The notes below the pieces were generated by a model, which searched no databases, was not told the DNA's origin, and was given only the letters and a program-made list of their open reading frames with translations. This document shows positions 1 to 8,806 of a DNA stretch of 64,000 nt, piece by piece (position 1 is the stretch's first letter; each line of letters begins with the position of its first letter). The DNA comes from a virus. Made by a program: the position numbers and the translations under genes. Location: positions 64,001 to 128,000 of the IMG/VR virus record IMGVR_UViG_3300044729_003129; one strand, 5' to 3'.

Positions 1-281
1 TGCGAGATATATCCTTTTTCAAGATCTTCAGTCCAATCAGTGTGATCTTGAAGACCTTTTTCGTCTTCTACATAGTGTGTGAGACAAGTAAAAAGCAAAT
101 GAGGAATAAGAGCAGTCTTGTCACACCATGTGTTAGGAATAGTTTTTGTCAACCACTTTTGGCGTGGATTAAACCATGCTTTGATTTGGTATTTGATATC
201 ACTCCAATAAAAGCTGTTAAACAGCAGCGAAGGATGTTTAAAAACTCTCCAAGGATTGGGACTGTATGTATCAATAATCAT
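1..281 (-). CDS. hypothetical protein, partial (runs off left edge)
   Basis: ATG at 281, 6 nt after a TATAAT box; reads MIIDTYSPNPWRVFKHP... open to the window edge; not in ORF track. Confidence 0.65.
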   Translation of the reverse strand, partial: MIIDTYSPNPWRVFKHPSLLFNSFYWSDIKYQIKAWFNPRQKWLTKTIPNTWCDKTALIPHLLFTCLTHYVEDEKGLQDHTDWTEDLEKGYIS

Positions 282-287
282 AGCCTA

Positions 288-317
288 ATTATACACTAAA
301 ACTCGAAAAATGTACAC
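288..317 (-). promoter_or_regulatory. early sigma70-type promoter
   Basis: GTGTACA-N17-TATAAT on minus strand. Confidence 0.7.
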
Positions 318-324
318 AAGTTTT

Positions 325-633
325 TTAATTCCATTTGCGGTGTTTCTCAGCAACCCACTCAACTCCATCATATTCAGCAATTTCCCACTCAACATCATCT
401 GGAATTTCGACAATTTTTAACTCAGAGAATTTTCCCCATGACTCATGTTCTAATTCTTCAATAACTGCTACTAAATTTTCGTCATTTCTAGGTATTGCCC
501 AAGCATACAATGGAAAGTCAGATGTCATTTCAACTTTTTCCTTATATAGCGCCAAGCCCATTTCAGAAAGGTCAAATCCTCCGTGGCACACATTAATTGC
601 AATCTTCATATGTTTTAAAATTCTTGTTTCCAA
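325..633 (-). CDS. hypothetical phage protein
   Basis: ORF in gene-dense minus-strand run; KIAINVCHGGFDLS...LKIVEIPDDVEWEIAEYDGVEWVAE resembles a common phage family. Confidence 0.7.
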   Translation of the reverse strand: METRILKHMKIAINVCHGGFDLSEMGLALYKEKVEMTSDFPLYAWAIPRNDENLVAVIEELEHESWGKFSELKIVEIPDDVEWEIAEYDGVEWVAEKHRKWN

Positions 634-899
634 TTATTTTGTTTAAAAGATCGGTATGTAATATTTTCATCTATGCTACAATCGTCGTTATCAGCGTCAT
701 AACACGATTCGTCATAATCTCTATCAAACAATTCTTTTATCGTATCTTCTGCAAATGTCTGATGAATAAGAATAGTCTTGAATGTCTCAATCCATTCTTC
801 TATCGTAGCATGTGGATGCATCGTAAGTTGAAGAGTCTTGTCTGGAGACAGACCACCTTCAACACTAATCTTAATAGGCTCTTGTTTATCGTAGTTCAT
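615..899 (-). CDS. hypothetical protein
   Basis: ORF abutting neighbours on the coding strand. Confidence 0.6.
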   Translation of the reverse strand: MNYDKQEPIKISVEGGLSPDKTLQLTMHPHATIEEWIETFKTILIHQTFAEDTIKELFDRDYDESCYDADNDDCSIDENITYRSFKQNNWKQEF

Positions 900-903
900 A
901 GTA

Positions 904-1161
904 TTATATATTGTTTATAGTTTGATCTGGATTTTGTATAAGAAACAAATAGTCTGCAAGATCTGCAATCTGTTGGTCATTCAAGATGATCATATCAGTG
1001 TATGGTCGTCCACACAGCGTTCGCCAAGCAAGACGTATTCTATTCCACCATGATCGTGAAACACAACGTTCAAACATTGCAAACTCTAAACCCCAATCTG
1101 GATCATACTCCATATAGAGCACACCACAATGGCATTCACATCTAAAATATTTACCTTCCAT
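904..1161 (-). CDS. hypothetical protein (CxCxC motif)
   Basis: ORF with FRCECHCG, tight packing. Confidence 0.6.
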   Translation of the reverse strand: MEGKYFRCECHCGVLYMEYDPDWGLEFAMFERCVSRSWWNRIRLAWRTLCGRPYTDMIILNDQQIADLADYLFLIQNPDQTINNI

Positions 1162-1164
1162 AAT

Positions 1165-1335
1165 TTAAGATTTAAGTGCGATTATAATTGCAGCAATAAT
1201 AAATGCTATCACCCAAATTATAATTTTATTTTGTTTGGCGTCAGCATCCAAATTTTTTAATTTCTGCTCTAAATTTTCTAATTTGTTTAGCGCACGATCT
1301 GATGCCTCTTCAATTTTTTCTAGTTTTATTTTCAT
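1165..1335 (-). CDS. small coiled-coil protein with C-terminal TM helix
   Basis: manually read 56-aa ORF MKIKLEKIEEAS...IIIWVIAFIIAAIIIALKS filling the gap. Confidence 0.6.
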   Translation of the reverse strand: MKIKLEKIEEASDRALNKLENLEQKLKNLDADAKQNKIIIWVIAFIIAAIIIALKS

Positions 1336-1336
1336 A

Positions 1337-1639
1337 TTAATATTCTTCTTTCCAAGTATCGTGTAGATTATGCCTTAGCATACGATGAGATGCAAGCAAA
1401 AAGTTAATTGGGTCTTGAACGCCAATGTCTCCATTGTTACATTCATCAACAATATATGCTGTTACCGCTTCTTCTAGTGCAAAGAGACGATGCGCTTCAT
1501 TAACATAACGAGTAATTTTATCTGGCAATGCTGAATAAGACAGATCTTCACCCGCGATTGGAATACGCTCGTAAATATCAAACAGCAATTGTCGTACTTC
1601 TGCTTCAGTCAACTCAGATACAAATTGAATCTCTTTCAT
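1337..1639 (-). CDS. hypothetical protein
   Basis: ORF, tight packing. Confidence 0.6.
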   Translation of the reverse strand: MKEIQFVSELTEAEVRQLLFDIYERIPIAGEDLSYSALPDKITRYVNEAHRLFALEEAVTAYIVDECNNGDIGVQDPINFLLASHRMLRHNLHDTWKEEY

Positions 1640-1643
1640 AATA

Positions 1644-1934
1644 TCATTTATATTTTGACCAACAAATTAGTACTATAGACTGAAGTATAATACCACTTAT
1701 ACCGTTAATTAACAACCACACTCCGTATGGACCAGTTAGTGTGTATATGAGTCCAGAGACAGCACATAGCAATCCAATACAAATACTATGAGGTGAAAGA
1801 TCTGATGCATGTTTTGTTTTAAACACTTTAAAAATTTGTGGTAAAGCTGCAGTCATACAGCAAATTGACATAATTGCTCCAGAACATTCTCTAACAAATT
1901 CAATTGTAGTTTTCATCTCTAAACAGTCTATCAA
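1644..1934 (-). CDS. PQ-loop / SemiSWEET-like 3-TM membrane protein (start may be 1916)
   Basis: ALPQIFKVFKTKHASDLS PQ-loop motif followed by two more hydrophobic helices. Confidence 0.7.
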   Translation of the reverse strand: MIDCLEMKTTIEFVRECSGAIMSICCMTAALPQIFKVFKTKHASDLSPHSICIGLLCAVSGLIYTLTGPYGVWLLINGISGIILQSIVLICWSKYK

Positions 1935-2094
1935 TCTTTTCTAAGTTATCAACTATAGAATCTTGTGACAGCGTAATATTTCGTGCAATATACATGCGAT
2001 TGCAAATGTCTTTGAGAATCATAAGTTGAGTCAAAGAATCATATTTGTCGATTCTTTTTAAATCTTTTTTATCGGGTACAGTTGTCATAATCAT
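1900..2094 (-). CDS. hypothetical protein
   Basis: ORF overlapping neighbours on the coding strand. Confidence 0.55.
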   Translation of the reverse strand: MIMTTVPDKKDLKRIDKYDSLTQLMILKDICNRMYIARNITLSQDSIVDNLEKIDRLFRDENYN

Positions 2095-2411
2095 ATTTTA
2101 TCAGAGTTCCATTTCTCAATTGTTTTTAGAAATGCTTCGGCGCGTTGACGAGCGGTTGCCATATACATAGAGTTGTTCCCTTTAATTGTTAGATCGCAAA
2201 GCTCGTTAATATATCGACAATACAGTGCGGTATCAAATACCTTCTCCGCTTCGTGCATTGCGTTTAGGCAGTTGCAGTAGTCGGGGAGGTGATAAGCATC
2301 ACGGTCTTCTTGTGGCTGTGTTCCCATCCATTTACCGTGGATAGAATTGTAGCAAATAGAGGTCCACCCACACGCTTCTGCAATTGCTATGTTGATTTGT
2401 TCGTCTGTCAT
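2091..2411 (-). CDS. phage protein (ABA-sandwich/DUF2591-like)
   Basis: MTDEQINIAIAEACGW...PDYCNCLNAMHEAE...ATARQRAEAFL pattern. Confidence 0.55.
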   Translation of the reverse strand: MTDEQINIAIAEACGWTSICYNSIHGKWMGTQPQEDRDAYHLPDYCNCLNAMHEAEKVFDTALYCRYINELCDLTIKGNNSMYMATARQRAEAFLKTIEKWNSDKI

Positions 2412-2420
2412 AATTATATT

Positions 2421-2588
2421 TTATTGTTTTTTCCAAACCCAACGCTTTGGTTTCTTTGATTCCAAATACGCTTCATACGCTTCACGATCTCTGTCAGCTT
2501 GGCAACCTTGTGGTCCTCTGCAAGCACTTCTCAAAGCTCCGTATTTTAAACACGAGCATTCATAAGTGACTTTAGGTTTTTTATTCAT
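2421..2588 (-). CDS. small Cys-rich basic hypothetical protein
   Basis: manually read 55-aa ORF MNKKPKVTYECSCLKYG... Confidence 0.5.
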   Translation of the reverse strand: MNKKPKVTYECSCLKYGALRSACRGPQGCQADRDREAYEAYLESKKPKRWVWKKQ

Positions 2589-2591
2589 ATT

Positions 2592-2846
2592 CTACTTTTG
2601 TTCCTTTTCGCTTAATTGAAATGAAATAATATCACCAATATGATAATCAACCATCTCTCTTCTTTCTTTGCGTGGATGAGATATAAATCCGTCACCAAAA
2701 CACCAGTATTCCACTCCTTCTATACAGGTTCCATCATGCAACTCAATATCATAAAGTTTCTCATCTTGATAATCAATAGGAGTACTACCTGCGTAATGTT
2801 TGTATTTTATATTCATAATTTTACCAGTGTCGTATTGTATTTGCAA
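2592..2846 (-). CDS. hypothetical protein (start probably later, MNIKYK)
   Basis: ORF track. Confidence 0.55.
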   Translation of the reverse strand: MQIQYDTGKIMNIKYKHYAGSTPIDYQDEKLYDIELHDGTCIEGVEYWCFGDGFISHPRKERREMVDYHIGDIISFQLSEKEQK

Positions 2847-2976
2847 TAATAAAAAAGCAAGTGATCAAATTCACAATCCAAAAAATTGTTCTTACTATTG
2901 CAGCGACATCAGACTCACGATCATCGTCGCTAATCTTTGATCCCATTGCTTTAGCCCATATTCTCCAAAGCTTCAT
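2821..2976 (-). CDS. small membrane protein
   Basis: manually read 51-aa ORF MKLWRIWAKAMGSKISDDDRESDVAAIVRTIFWIVNLITCFFIIANTIRHW. Confidence 0.65.
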   Translation of the reverse strand: MKLWRIWAKAMGSKISDDDRESDVAAIVRTIFWIVNLITCFFIIANTIRHW

Positions 2977-2977
2977 A

Positions 2978-3175
2978 TCAGCAAAGATTTCTCAATCCGT
3001 CTTGTTTAATTTGTTTTAATTCTTGCAACAGTTGCTGTGCTTTTTTTTCTAGTGCTTCACGACAATAGTTGTATGTACCATCTGGTCGTTTGCCATTTGA
3101 CACAAGCTCGACAAAACTCCGCAATTTCTCATACTCGATGAGAGAATAAATTTCAGTTGGACTTAGCGGTTGCAT
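2978..3175 (-). CDS. hypothetical protein
   Basis: ORF directly downstream of an early promoter. Confidence 0.65.
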   Translation of the reverse strand: MQPLSPTEIYSLIEYEKLRSFVELVSNGKRPDGTYNYCREALEKKAQQLLQELKQIKQDGLRNLC

Positions 3176-3181
3176 AAGCTC

Positions 3182-3211
3182 ATTATACCACAGTTCCTTC
3201 GGTTTGTAAAC
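3182..3211 (-). promoter_or_regulatory. early promoter, T4-early-like
   Basis: GTTTACA-N17-TATAAT with TGTGG before the -10; ATG 6 nt downstream. Confidence 0.75.
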
Positions 3212-3213
3212 AA

Positions 3214-3882
3214 CTAAATGTATTTTAATTTAAATTTTCCATCAGGATAAATCTCGACATAAGAACAGCGATGCTCGCAAAATGAGCCAGAATTTATATA
3301 GGTGCAAGAATCAATCTTTCTTATTTCTGCATAGTGGGTGTGTCCAGCAAGAAGTACATCATGTTTTTTGCCATGTTTCTCGACAAATTTCTTACAAACA
3401 ATATCTTTTGCTTCAATCCACGATTTACTCAATCGCTTCAAAAATCTTGAAGTTTTATGAGTCCTATCAAACTTTTGTATCCAATAATATAAACCAGTAA
3501 AAAACCAAGTTAAAAATGGTCGGTGCTTTATCCAATGATCATATTTGTCACCGTGCTCAAAGAAAAATCTTTTGTTGTTGATTGTGGTTGTATAGTTTTC
3601 TAGCAATTCCATGCCAGTAATCGCACTTAAAAATTCTGCATTGCTGTCATGATTACCCTTAACTAAAATAACATTATGTGTTTTTGAAAGTTTACGAATC
3701 TTTCCAAGAATTTTCCAGTCACGCTTGTCATAGCGTTTGAAAGAATAGTTATCGAATAGGTCGCCATTGATTAGTAGTGTGTTAAAATCAAGCGAAAGAA
3801 CTTCTAATACCTTTTCTTTTTGGCTTACTGAAGTTCCAAGATGAATATCGCTAACTACTAAAATTTCAATCATAACTCCCAA
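3214..3882 (-). CDS. calcineurin-like metallophosphoesterase (LpxH-like)
   Basis: SDIHLG, NGDLFD, GNHD, EHGD, GHTH, NSGSF motifs. Confidence 0.85.
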   Translation of the reverse strand: MGVMIEILVVSDIHLGTSVSQKEKVLEVLSLDFNTLLINGDLFDNYSFKRYDKRDWKILGKIRKLSKTHNVILVKGNHDSNAEFLSAITGMELLENYTTTINNKRFFFEHGDKYDHWIKHRPFLTWFFTGLYYWIQKFDRTHKTSRFLKRLSKSWIEAKDIVCKKFVEKHGKKHDVLLAGHTHYAEIRKIDSCTYINSGSFCEHRCSYVEIYPDGKFKLKYI

Positions 3883-4253
3883 GTTTGCGTACTTACAGTA
3901 TCACCGCATTGATCGCAGGACTCGTCGTCATAGTGCCAACTGTCAGGTTGAAAGCATTTGATTAAATCGTCGAGTTGTACCGTGCATTGTTTGCGTTCTT
4001 CTTTGAATCGCTCGCAAAGATAATCAATAAGCTCATCAATTTCTTTTTCCGTAAAGTCGTATCGTGGATCTTCTCCACCGACAAATTTACCATTGATTTC
4101 TGTATAGAATGCCGTGCATCCTTCGCTAATTGTAATTTTATATTTCATTTGTTTATCCTGCGTCATATAGTCTATTTCCTTTGTCATCTGATTTTGGTTT
4201 GACAACTGCAGCGTCGATAGAAAAATTAAATTTTGGTCTAAAGTCTCCGTCAC
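3870..4253 (-). CDS. hypothetical protein (true start likely internal)
   Basis: ORF with C-terminal CDQCGD. Confidence 0.55.
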   Translation of the reverse strand: MTETLDQNLIFLSTLQLSNQNQMTKEIDYMTQDKQMKYKITISEGCTAFYTEINGKFVGGEDPRYDFTEKEIDELIDYLCERFKEERKQCTVQLDDLIKCFQPDSWHYDDESCDQCGDTVSTQTWEL

Positions 4254-4392
4254 CGTCTGAATAGATGCCTACCTCTCTGGAACCACCCAAACCTCCAAGT
4301 TGTTCCATATATTTTAGCATACTCATAAAATGTGGAACCCAACGTTCTCTCATTTTACATTCAATTGTAAATGTTATTTCTTCACTGCTCAT
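4153..4392 (-). CDS. hypothetical phage protein
   Basis: ORF; ERWVPHFMSMLKYME...YSDGDGDFRPKF. Confidence 0.6.
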   Translation of the reverse strand: MSSEEITFTIECKMRERWVPHFMSMLKYMEQLGGLGGSREVGIYSDGDGDFRPKFNFSIDAAVVKPKSDDKGNRLYDAG

Positions 4393-4726
4393 TTTTTAAT
4401 AGTTCTGGATTCTCAAAGATATTTCCAACAACTTCAGGATATAATTTATCCGTGTACGTCCATTCTTGTAGGTTTGATCCAAAAGCAGATATTTTGATTT
4501 CACTGACAATTTGCGTTTCTCCTGCAGGTCCAAGGTCGATCCAATGCTTTACAATATCTCCCTCATAAATCTCAACTCCATTTTTATCTTTGAGTCCAGT
4601 GTATTGTTGAACTGGATAGCTATGTTGATACAAATATCTGTCCGAATAATCAAAATTTCCTAATTCAAAATAGGAAAACTTTTCATGATCTGGAATATAA
4701 ACTCTAAATTTAAGCTCTCTACTCAT
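4382..4726 (-). CDS. YopX family protein
   Basis: RELKFRVY, QYTGLKDKNGVEIYEGDIV, EVVGNIFENPELL signatures. Confidence 0.9.
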   Translation of the reverse strand: MSRELKFRVYIPDHEKFSYFELGNFDYSDRYLYQHSYPVQQYTGLKDKNGVEIYEGDIVKHWIDLGPAGETQIVSEIKISAFGSNLQEWTYTDKLYPEVVGNIFENPELLKNEQ

Positions 4727-5247
4727 AGTCTCGCTTCAATCCACTTTTTAATTCCTTCAAAGAAATTATCTTCACTCAAATTGTTGCCATAATATTCTGG
4801 AGTCTGATAATAGTTTTTAGTGACAATACCCATCATGCTCATTTTTGAATCATTATAGCGAGGCGGCAAATTATCAATCAATACATTATCTGCATCAGCG
4901 ATAGGCAATGGAGTTGCACCTTCGCCGCCCCAACCCCATGTCACTCTATGTTGTTGAATGTCTTCACGAGAGAAGATATGATCATTATCCAAACCAAACT
5001 CACCAAGTCGATTTAATTCGTGAGCATAGTCACGAGTGGCGCTTGTAAGAATATAAACGTTTTCTTTGCCTACAATGCTATTGTAATATTCGAAAAGTTC
5101 TTTTGCGCATGGGCGAATGATGCTGCGATAGGTGTGCATATCTTCACTGAGCATAAACTCAACATACTTCTCACCTTCATAGGGCAGTGTGTTTACGAAT
5201 GTATGCAAGATGCATTCGTCTAGGTCTTGGAATATTCTCTTAATCAT
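4723..5247 (-). CDS. HAD-superfamily phosphatase (NIF/FCP1-like)
   Basis: DLDECILHT motif I, RP, LTSATRDYA, FSRED, VLIDN. Confidence 0.75.
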   Translation of the reverse strand: MIKRIFQDLDECILHTFVNTLPYEGEKYVEFMLSEDMHTYRSIIRPCAKELFEYYNSIVGKENVYILTSATRDYAHELNRLGEFGLDNDHIFSREDIQQHRVTWGWGGEGATPLPIADADNVLIDNLPPRYNDSKMSMMGIVTKNYYQTPEYYGNNLSEDNFFEGIKKWIEARL

Positions 5248-5248
5248 T

Positions 5249-5683
5249 TTAACAAATTTCTTTTAATGTGTTTTTAATTTCTTGTACTCCCCATTGATTT
5301 GCACTGTGTATATAAACGTGGGGAATATGAGGTGGTTGTAGTTCTTTATACTTTTGTACAAAATATTCTGCACAGTGTTTTCCAGTTTTTACTTTTAAAT
5401 TACCATACTCAATAACTCCAGTGCTTTCAGTTACTTTATAATAGTGACGTATATGTTCTTCATCCAGATCATGATCAAAACTTACTGCATTAGGAATACC
5501 CTTTTCTTCGATTGTTTGTACAAAATCTTCATAGGTACGAACAACAACCCAGTTGTCGTTAGGCACACCAGACATATTTTCTAAACTATGCGACGTTATA
5601 ACGATGCTATTACCATCGCGCTTAGGATGGATATATGCATGCTCTGGTTTGCGCATGTCATCTAGAAAAAGGTTATAGCTCAT
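5249..5683 (-). CDS. cyclic-phosphate-processing receiver-like domain protein
   Basis: LFLDDMRKP, SFDHDL, KTGKHCAEY, IHSAN motifs. Confidence 0.7.
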   Translation of the reverse strand: MSYNLFLDDMRKPEHAYIHPKRDGNSIVITSHSLENMSGVPNDNWVVVRTYEDFVQTIEEKGIPNAVSFDHDLDEEHIRHYYKVTESTGVIEYGNLKVKTGKHCAEYFVQKYKELQPPHIPHVYIHSANQWGVQEIKNTLKEIC

Positions 5684-5919
5684 TGATCTTGCTTAATGCG
5701 TTTAATAATATCTTCAGTGCCTTGAACTGTTTCTACAACAGTTTTGCCATCAATGACTAACAAGCGAGGCACAGATTTGATGCCGTGATCTTTAAAGAAA
5801 GAGATATCGGTATCTGCATCTTTTACTTCTATTCTATCACTTAAATTTTCTGATTGCAATCGTGCCTTAACTACTTGACACGGACCGCACCAACTTGCAC
5901 TTGCTAAGATTAGTTTCAT
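5680..5919 (-). CDS. thioredoxin/glutaredoxin-like protein
   Basis: ASWCGPC active site, GIKSVP cis-Pro motif. Confidence 0.9.
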   Translation of the reverse strand: MKLILASASWCGPCQVVKARLQSENLSDRIEVKDADTDISFFKDHGIKSVPRLLVIDGKTVVETVQGTEDIIKRIKQDQ

Positions 5920-5922
5920 ATT

Positions 5923-6132
5923 TTATCTATTGTTTCTAAAGTGTGTTCTAAATTCAGAATAGCTGACTGGTGTATGATATTCTTCTCCTTCAGCATCAAT
6001 GATAATGCCTTCATCAAGATACCATTTGTAGAGAGATTTTTTCTTAAATGCAGCATCAAAGTTTTCTCGACCTTGAGCTGAAAGCACTCGTGAAGCAATT
6101 GAGTCTCCAGTAATATCATTTGTTGCTGCCAT
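5923..6132 (-). CDS. hypothetical protein
   Basis: ORF, MAATNDITGDSIASR start. Confidence 0.6.
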   Translation of the reverse strand: MAATNDITGDSIASRVLSAQGRENFDAAFKKKSLYKWYLDEGIIIDAEGEEYHTPVSYSEFRTHFRNNR

Positions 6133-6134
6133 AG

Positions 6135-6371
6135 TTATTCAAAGATTTCTCTTCTTACCATCGCAGAATAGTCATCTTCAGTTGCGCAGTTGAAGACATA
6201 GTCATAGAGCCAGTCATTATCTAGATCTACCTCTTCGATGAGTTTGCTATAGATGATAGCTTCTGCATCTTGAAGTTGCTTGATTGCTGCTCTAGCAGTC
6301 TCAACTTTTTCTTGTTGTGTTTGGTTTAACTTCTTCATAACGTTCTTTTGCTCTGTTGTATGCGAGTGCAA
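6135..6371 (-). CDS. hypothetical protein (start probably MKKLNQ)
   Basis: ORF track. Confidence 0.55.
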   Translation of the reverse strand: MHSHTTEQKNVMKKLNQTQQEKVETARAAIKQLQDAEAIIYSKLIEEVDLDNDWLYDYVFNCATEDDYSAMVRREIFE

Positions 6372-6439
6372 GGTTTAGTTGACGAATGATAGATTCACTA
6401 CATTCAAAAACCTTGCCACGAAACTTATACCATTTACTT

Positions 6440-7159
6440 TCATTGTTCGTACCATTTATCATGTTTTTCTCTATATTCTTTAATAAAAATTCTAATGTTA
6501 GACAACGCATTTGATATGTCTTGCTCATCAAATATTGCGGTTGCTAGTTTGGTTTCACGTTCAATATTATCTATAAGCTGCTGTTCAGCACTAGGATATT
6601 TTTTACGATTCTCTTTAAAAGTTATTTCCCACTTTTCGCGATCTGCGGCCCATTCCTTTTGTCTGGCAGCATACTCTTCATCAGTATATTTTTTAGGCTC
6701 TCTATGCTCTACAAGCGTGATATCTTCAACGAGCTTTCCATTTTTAAACAATGCACAATATTCAATCCAACCAGATTCAAAGCGTCTCCAATCATCACTG
6801 TCATAATCCAACTCGGGAGATTTATATTCTGCATGATTATAGCTTTCATAAAAGTTGATAGCTCCTGTATATGGCTCTTTCTCATACCACTCCGCTTCGA
6901 CTACAAAGTGACCCATTGCGGCTATCTTTTCACTAAACGACGCGTCTTCAGCAACCTCTTCACCCTTTTCCCAACGACCTTCAACCTGCTTAAACCATAA
7001 TTGGCCATGCCCATCAATCCTATAGGTTGACATTGCTTGATTTGGTGTGTCTTTCGTTTGAAAGGCAATATCACTTACTTTATCTCCCCAATGAGAGATA
7101 ATCGCGTCTGGCAACTCTGGTAGAGTTGTTCCTACTCTTACATAATCGAACATTCCCAT
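6440..7159 (-). CDS. hypothetical phage protein
   Basis: 239-aa ORF; MGMFDYV...FQTKD N-terminus typical of a phage family. Confidence 0.7.
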   Translation of the reverse strand: MGMFDYVRVGTTLPELPDAIISHWGDKVSDIAFQTKDTPNQAMSTYRIDGHGQLWFKQVEGRWEKGEEVAEDASFSEKIAAMGHFVVEAEWYEKEPYTGAINFYESYNHAEYKSPELDYDSDDWRRFESGWIEYCALFKNGKLVEDITLVEHREPKKYTDEEYAARQKEWAADREKWEITFKENRKKYPSAEQQLIDNIERETKLATAIFDEQDISNALSNIRIFIKEYREKHDKWYEQ

Positions 7160-7164
7160 AATTT

Positions 7165-7329
7165 TTATTTTGTTAGTGATTGCGCTACAATTAAGCCCAA
7201 GTTAGATACAGCGTACCCTCCCCAGACTACAGCCCACGCATAGTTTTGTTTATATGCATGAGCAATGCATACCATGGCATAGAGCCCGAATGCAATAAAT
7301 ACTACAACGTTTTCAAAATTTACTTGCAT
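7165..7329 (-). CDS. small 2-TM membrane protein
   Basis: manually read 54-aa ORF MQVNFENVVVFIAFGLYAMV...; ATG 5 nt after TATAAT. Confidence 0.65.
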   Translation of the reverse strand: MQVNFENVVVFIAFGLYAMVCIAHAYKQNYAWAVVWGGYAVSNLGLIVAQSLTK

Positions 7330-7334
7330 AGTGT

Positions 7335-7364
7335 ATTATATATTATCTATAAGGGGTTGTACAC
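7335..7364 (-). promoter_or_regulatory. early promoter
   Basis: GTGTACA-N17-TATAAT. Confidence 0.7.
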
Positions 7365-7370
7365 ACTTTT

Positions 7371-7658
7371 TTACATCTTTTTCCAGCCGACCGGCAAGCA
7401 AATATACACTACATCATCAACAGCTACTACATCTCCGCTGGCAAGAATTTCCTGATTGTTGGCGAGATATTCTTCCTGAATCGCAAGTTCGTCATCTTGC
7501 AATTCAAAAGTTGCGGAGTTTATTATTTTATATGCTTCTTCTGCTGCATCCTCTCCAGACAATCGTGACTCATACTCGAACACGAGTCGGTTGTAGTTAG
7601 CAAACCGACCCTCGTAGAGGCTTATGCCACGATTCAAAAAGATTTCAACAGCAGCCAT
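7371..7658 (-). CDS. hypothetical protein
   Basis: ORF track. Confidence 0.6.
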   Translation of the reverse strand: MAAVEIFLNRGISLYEGRFANYNRLVFEYESRLSGEDAAEEAYKIINSATFELQDDELAIQEEYLANNQEILASGDVVAVDDVVYICLPVGWKKM

Positions 7659-7848
7659 AAAACTTATTTTTTAACCGAGTAAAAAAATTTAAACGTTTAG
7701 AATTTTTACAACGTATAGAATTAACTCGATGCTGCAATGCATAGAACAATGAATATTCGTCTTCATTGTCGATGAGTCCCAATTCTACTAATTTGTCTGG
7801 TACCGATAACACCAACACTTCTAATTCATATTGAGCACTATTTGTCAT
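7645..7848 (-). CDS. hypothetical protein
   Basis: ORF track. Confidence 0.55.
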   Translation of the reverse strand: MTNSAQYELEVLVLSVPDKLVELGLIDNEDEYSLFYALQHRVNSIRCKNSKRLNFFTRLKNKFYGCC

Positions 7849-7976
7849 CTAAAAATTTGGTTAAAGTTTTCATACACTGCTTCCTGTTCAAATTCCATAT
7901 CAGCAATTCCTTGTGCATCTGAGGTTGTAAGACCTTCATCTTCAAGTTCTTGAACTCTTTTTTCGTATGTTGACAT
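7845..7976 (-). CDS. small acidic hypothetical protein
   Basis: manually read MSTYEKRVQELEDEGLTTSDAQG...; ATGA overlap with next gene. Confidence 0.6.
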   Translation of the reverse strand: MSTYEKRVQELEDEGLTTSDAQGIADMEFEQEAVYENFNQIFR

Positions 7977-7984
7977 ATCGCTTT

Positions 7985-8104
7985 TTACTTATTTTTCGAT
8001 GATCGCATCAGATATGCAGTGACTGCTGCTCCAACGAGCCAACCTGCAGCAACCCAACTTACAAAGATAAATCCGTTTTGAATATATTCAACTGTAAAAA
8101 TCAT
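7985..8104 (-). CDS. small single-TM protein
   Basis: manually read 39-aa ORF, ATGA-coupled to upstream ORF. Confidence 0.5.
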   Translation of the reverse strand: MIFTVEYIQNGFIFVSWVAAGWLVGAAVTAYLMRSSKNK

Positions 8105-8253
8105 GGTAGTTGTTGCATCTGTTTACGTTGTGCTTCTGTGACGCGTCTTGAAAGATGAACGCTGTCATCAAGGGCAAAGATCGACCAACCATAGAGTGGT
8201 CTCGTATTCTTGCGCTTAGACTTATTGCCGAATAGTTTGGTTAGCAGTGTCAT
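8101..8253 (-). CDS. small basic hypothetical protein
   Basis: manually read 50-aa ORF MTLLTKLFGNKSKRK... Confidence 0.5.
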   Translation of the reverse strand: MTLLTKLFGNKSKRKNTRPLYGWSIFALDDSVHLSRRVTEAQRKQMQQLP

Positions 8254-8265
8254 TGTTTGGTGTTT

Positions 8266-8436
8266 CTATTTTGCTGGTTTAATTGAGACTAGATAGTTTC
8301 CAATTGGCAACATTTGGGTGGTCGTCTCGACTAGTGAATCTAAACTAAGACCTTCACAATTTTCTTGCATCCAGGGAAGCCATAGTGTTTGACGTTCTTT
8401 AACGTCATGCAGTGTTTCAGTTTTGATCTTGTACAT
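8266..8436 (-). CDS. hypothetical protein
   Basis: ORF track, start adjusted to MYKIKTE. Confidence 0.5.
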   Translation of the reverse strand: MYKIKTETLHDVKERQTLWLPWMQENCEGLSLDSLVETTTQMLPIGNYLVSIKPAK

Positions 8437-8438
8437 AT

Positions 8439-8585
8439 TCAATGAGATTTGAGTCTGCACGCAAGCTTAGAACTTGCCTTTTTTCTGTCTGTAAAGAATT
8501 TTGTTGGAGGAGCAATCTTATGACGAGTCAGCGCTCTCAGAGCAATGGGTGAATAGTCAAAAGTTTTTGCTTTGATCTTTTTCAT
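8439..8585 (-). CDS. small basic hypothetical protein
   Basis: manually read 48-aa ORF MKKIKAKTFDYSPIALRALTRHKIAPPTKFF... Confidence 0.5.
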   Translation of the reverse strand: MKKIKAKTFDYSPIALRALTRHKIAPPTKFFTDRKKASSKLACRLKSH

Positions 8586-8788
8586 TAGAGACTAATTGGA
8601 TTGAACGTAGAAGCTTTACGCACTCGAGCAAATTCGTCTTGAACGAGATTATCATAGTCACTTGAAACTTTAGTACTATCTTCAACTTCAAAGGACTTGA
8701 TCAATTTACGGTCAGCAGCATGACGCTGAGCGATGCTAGCGATGAGTGACTTACGGGCTTCGAGTTGTATTTTGGTTTGTGGTGTCAT
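8585..8788 (-). CDS. hypothetical early protein
   Basis: start reassigned to MTPQTKIQ, downstream of the promoter at 8807-8836. Confidence 0.6.
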   Translation of the reverse strand: MTPQTKIQLEARKSLIASIAQRHAADRKLIKSFEVEDSTKVSSDYDNLVQDEFARVRKASTFNPISL

Positions 8789-8806
8789 ATTGTTGCTTAC
8801 ATGGTT

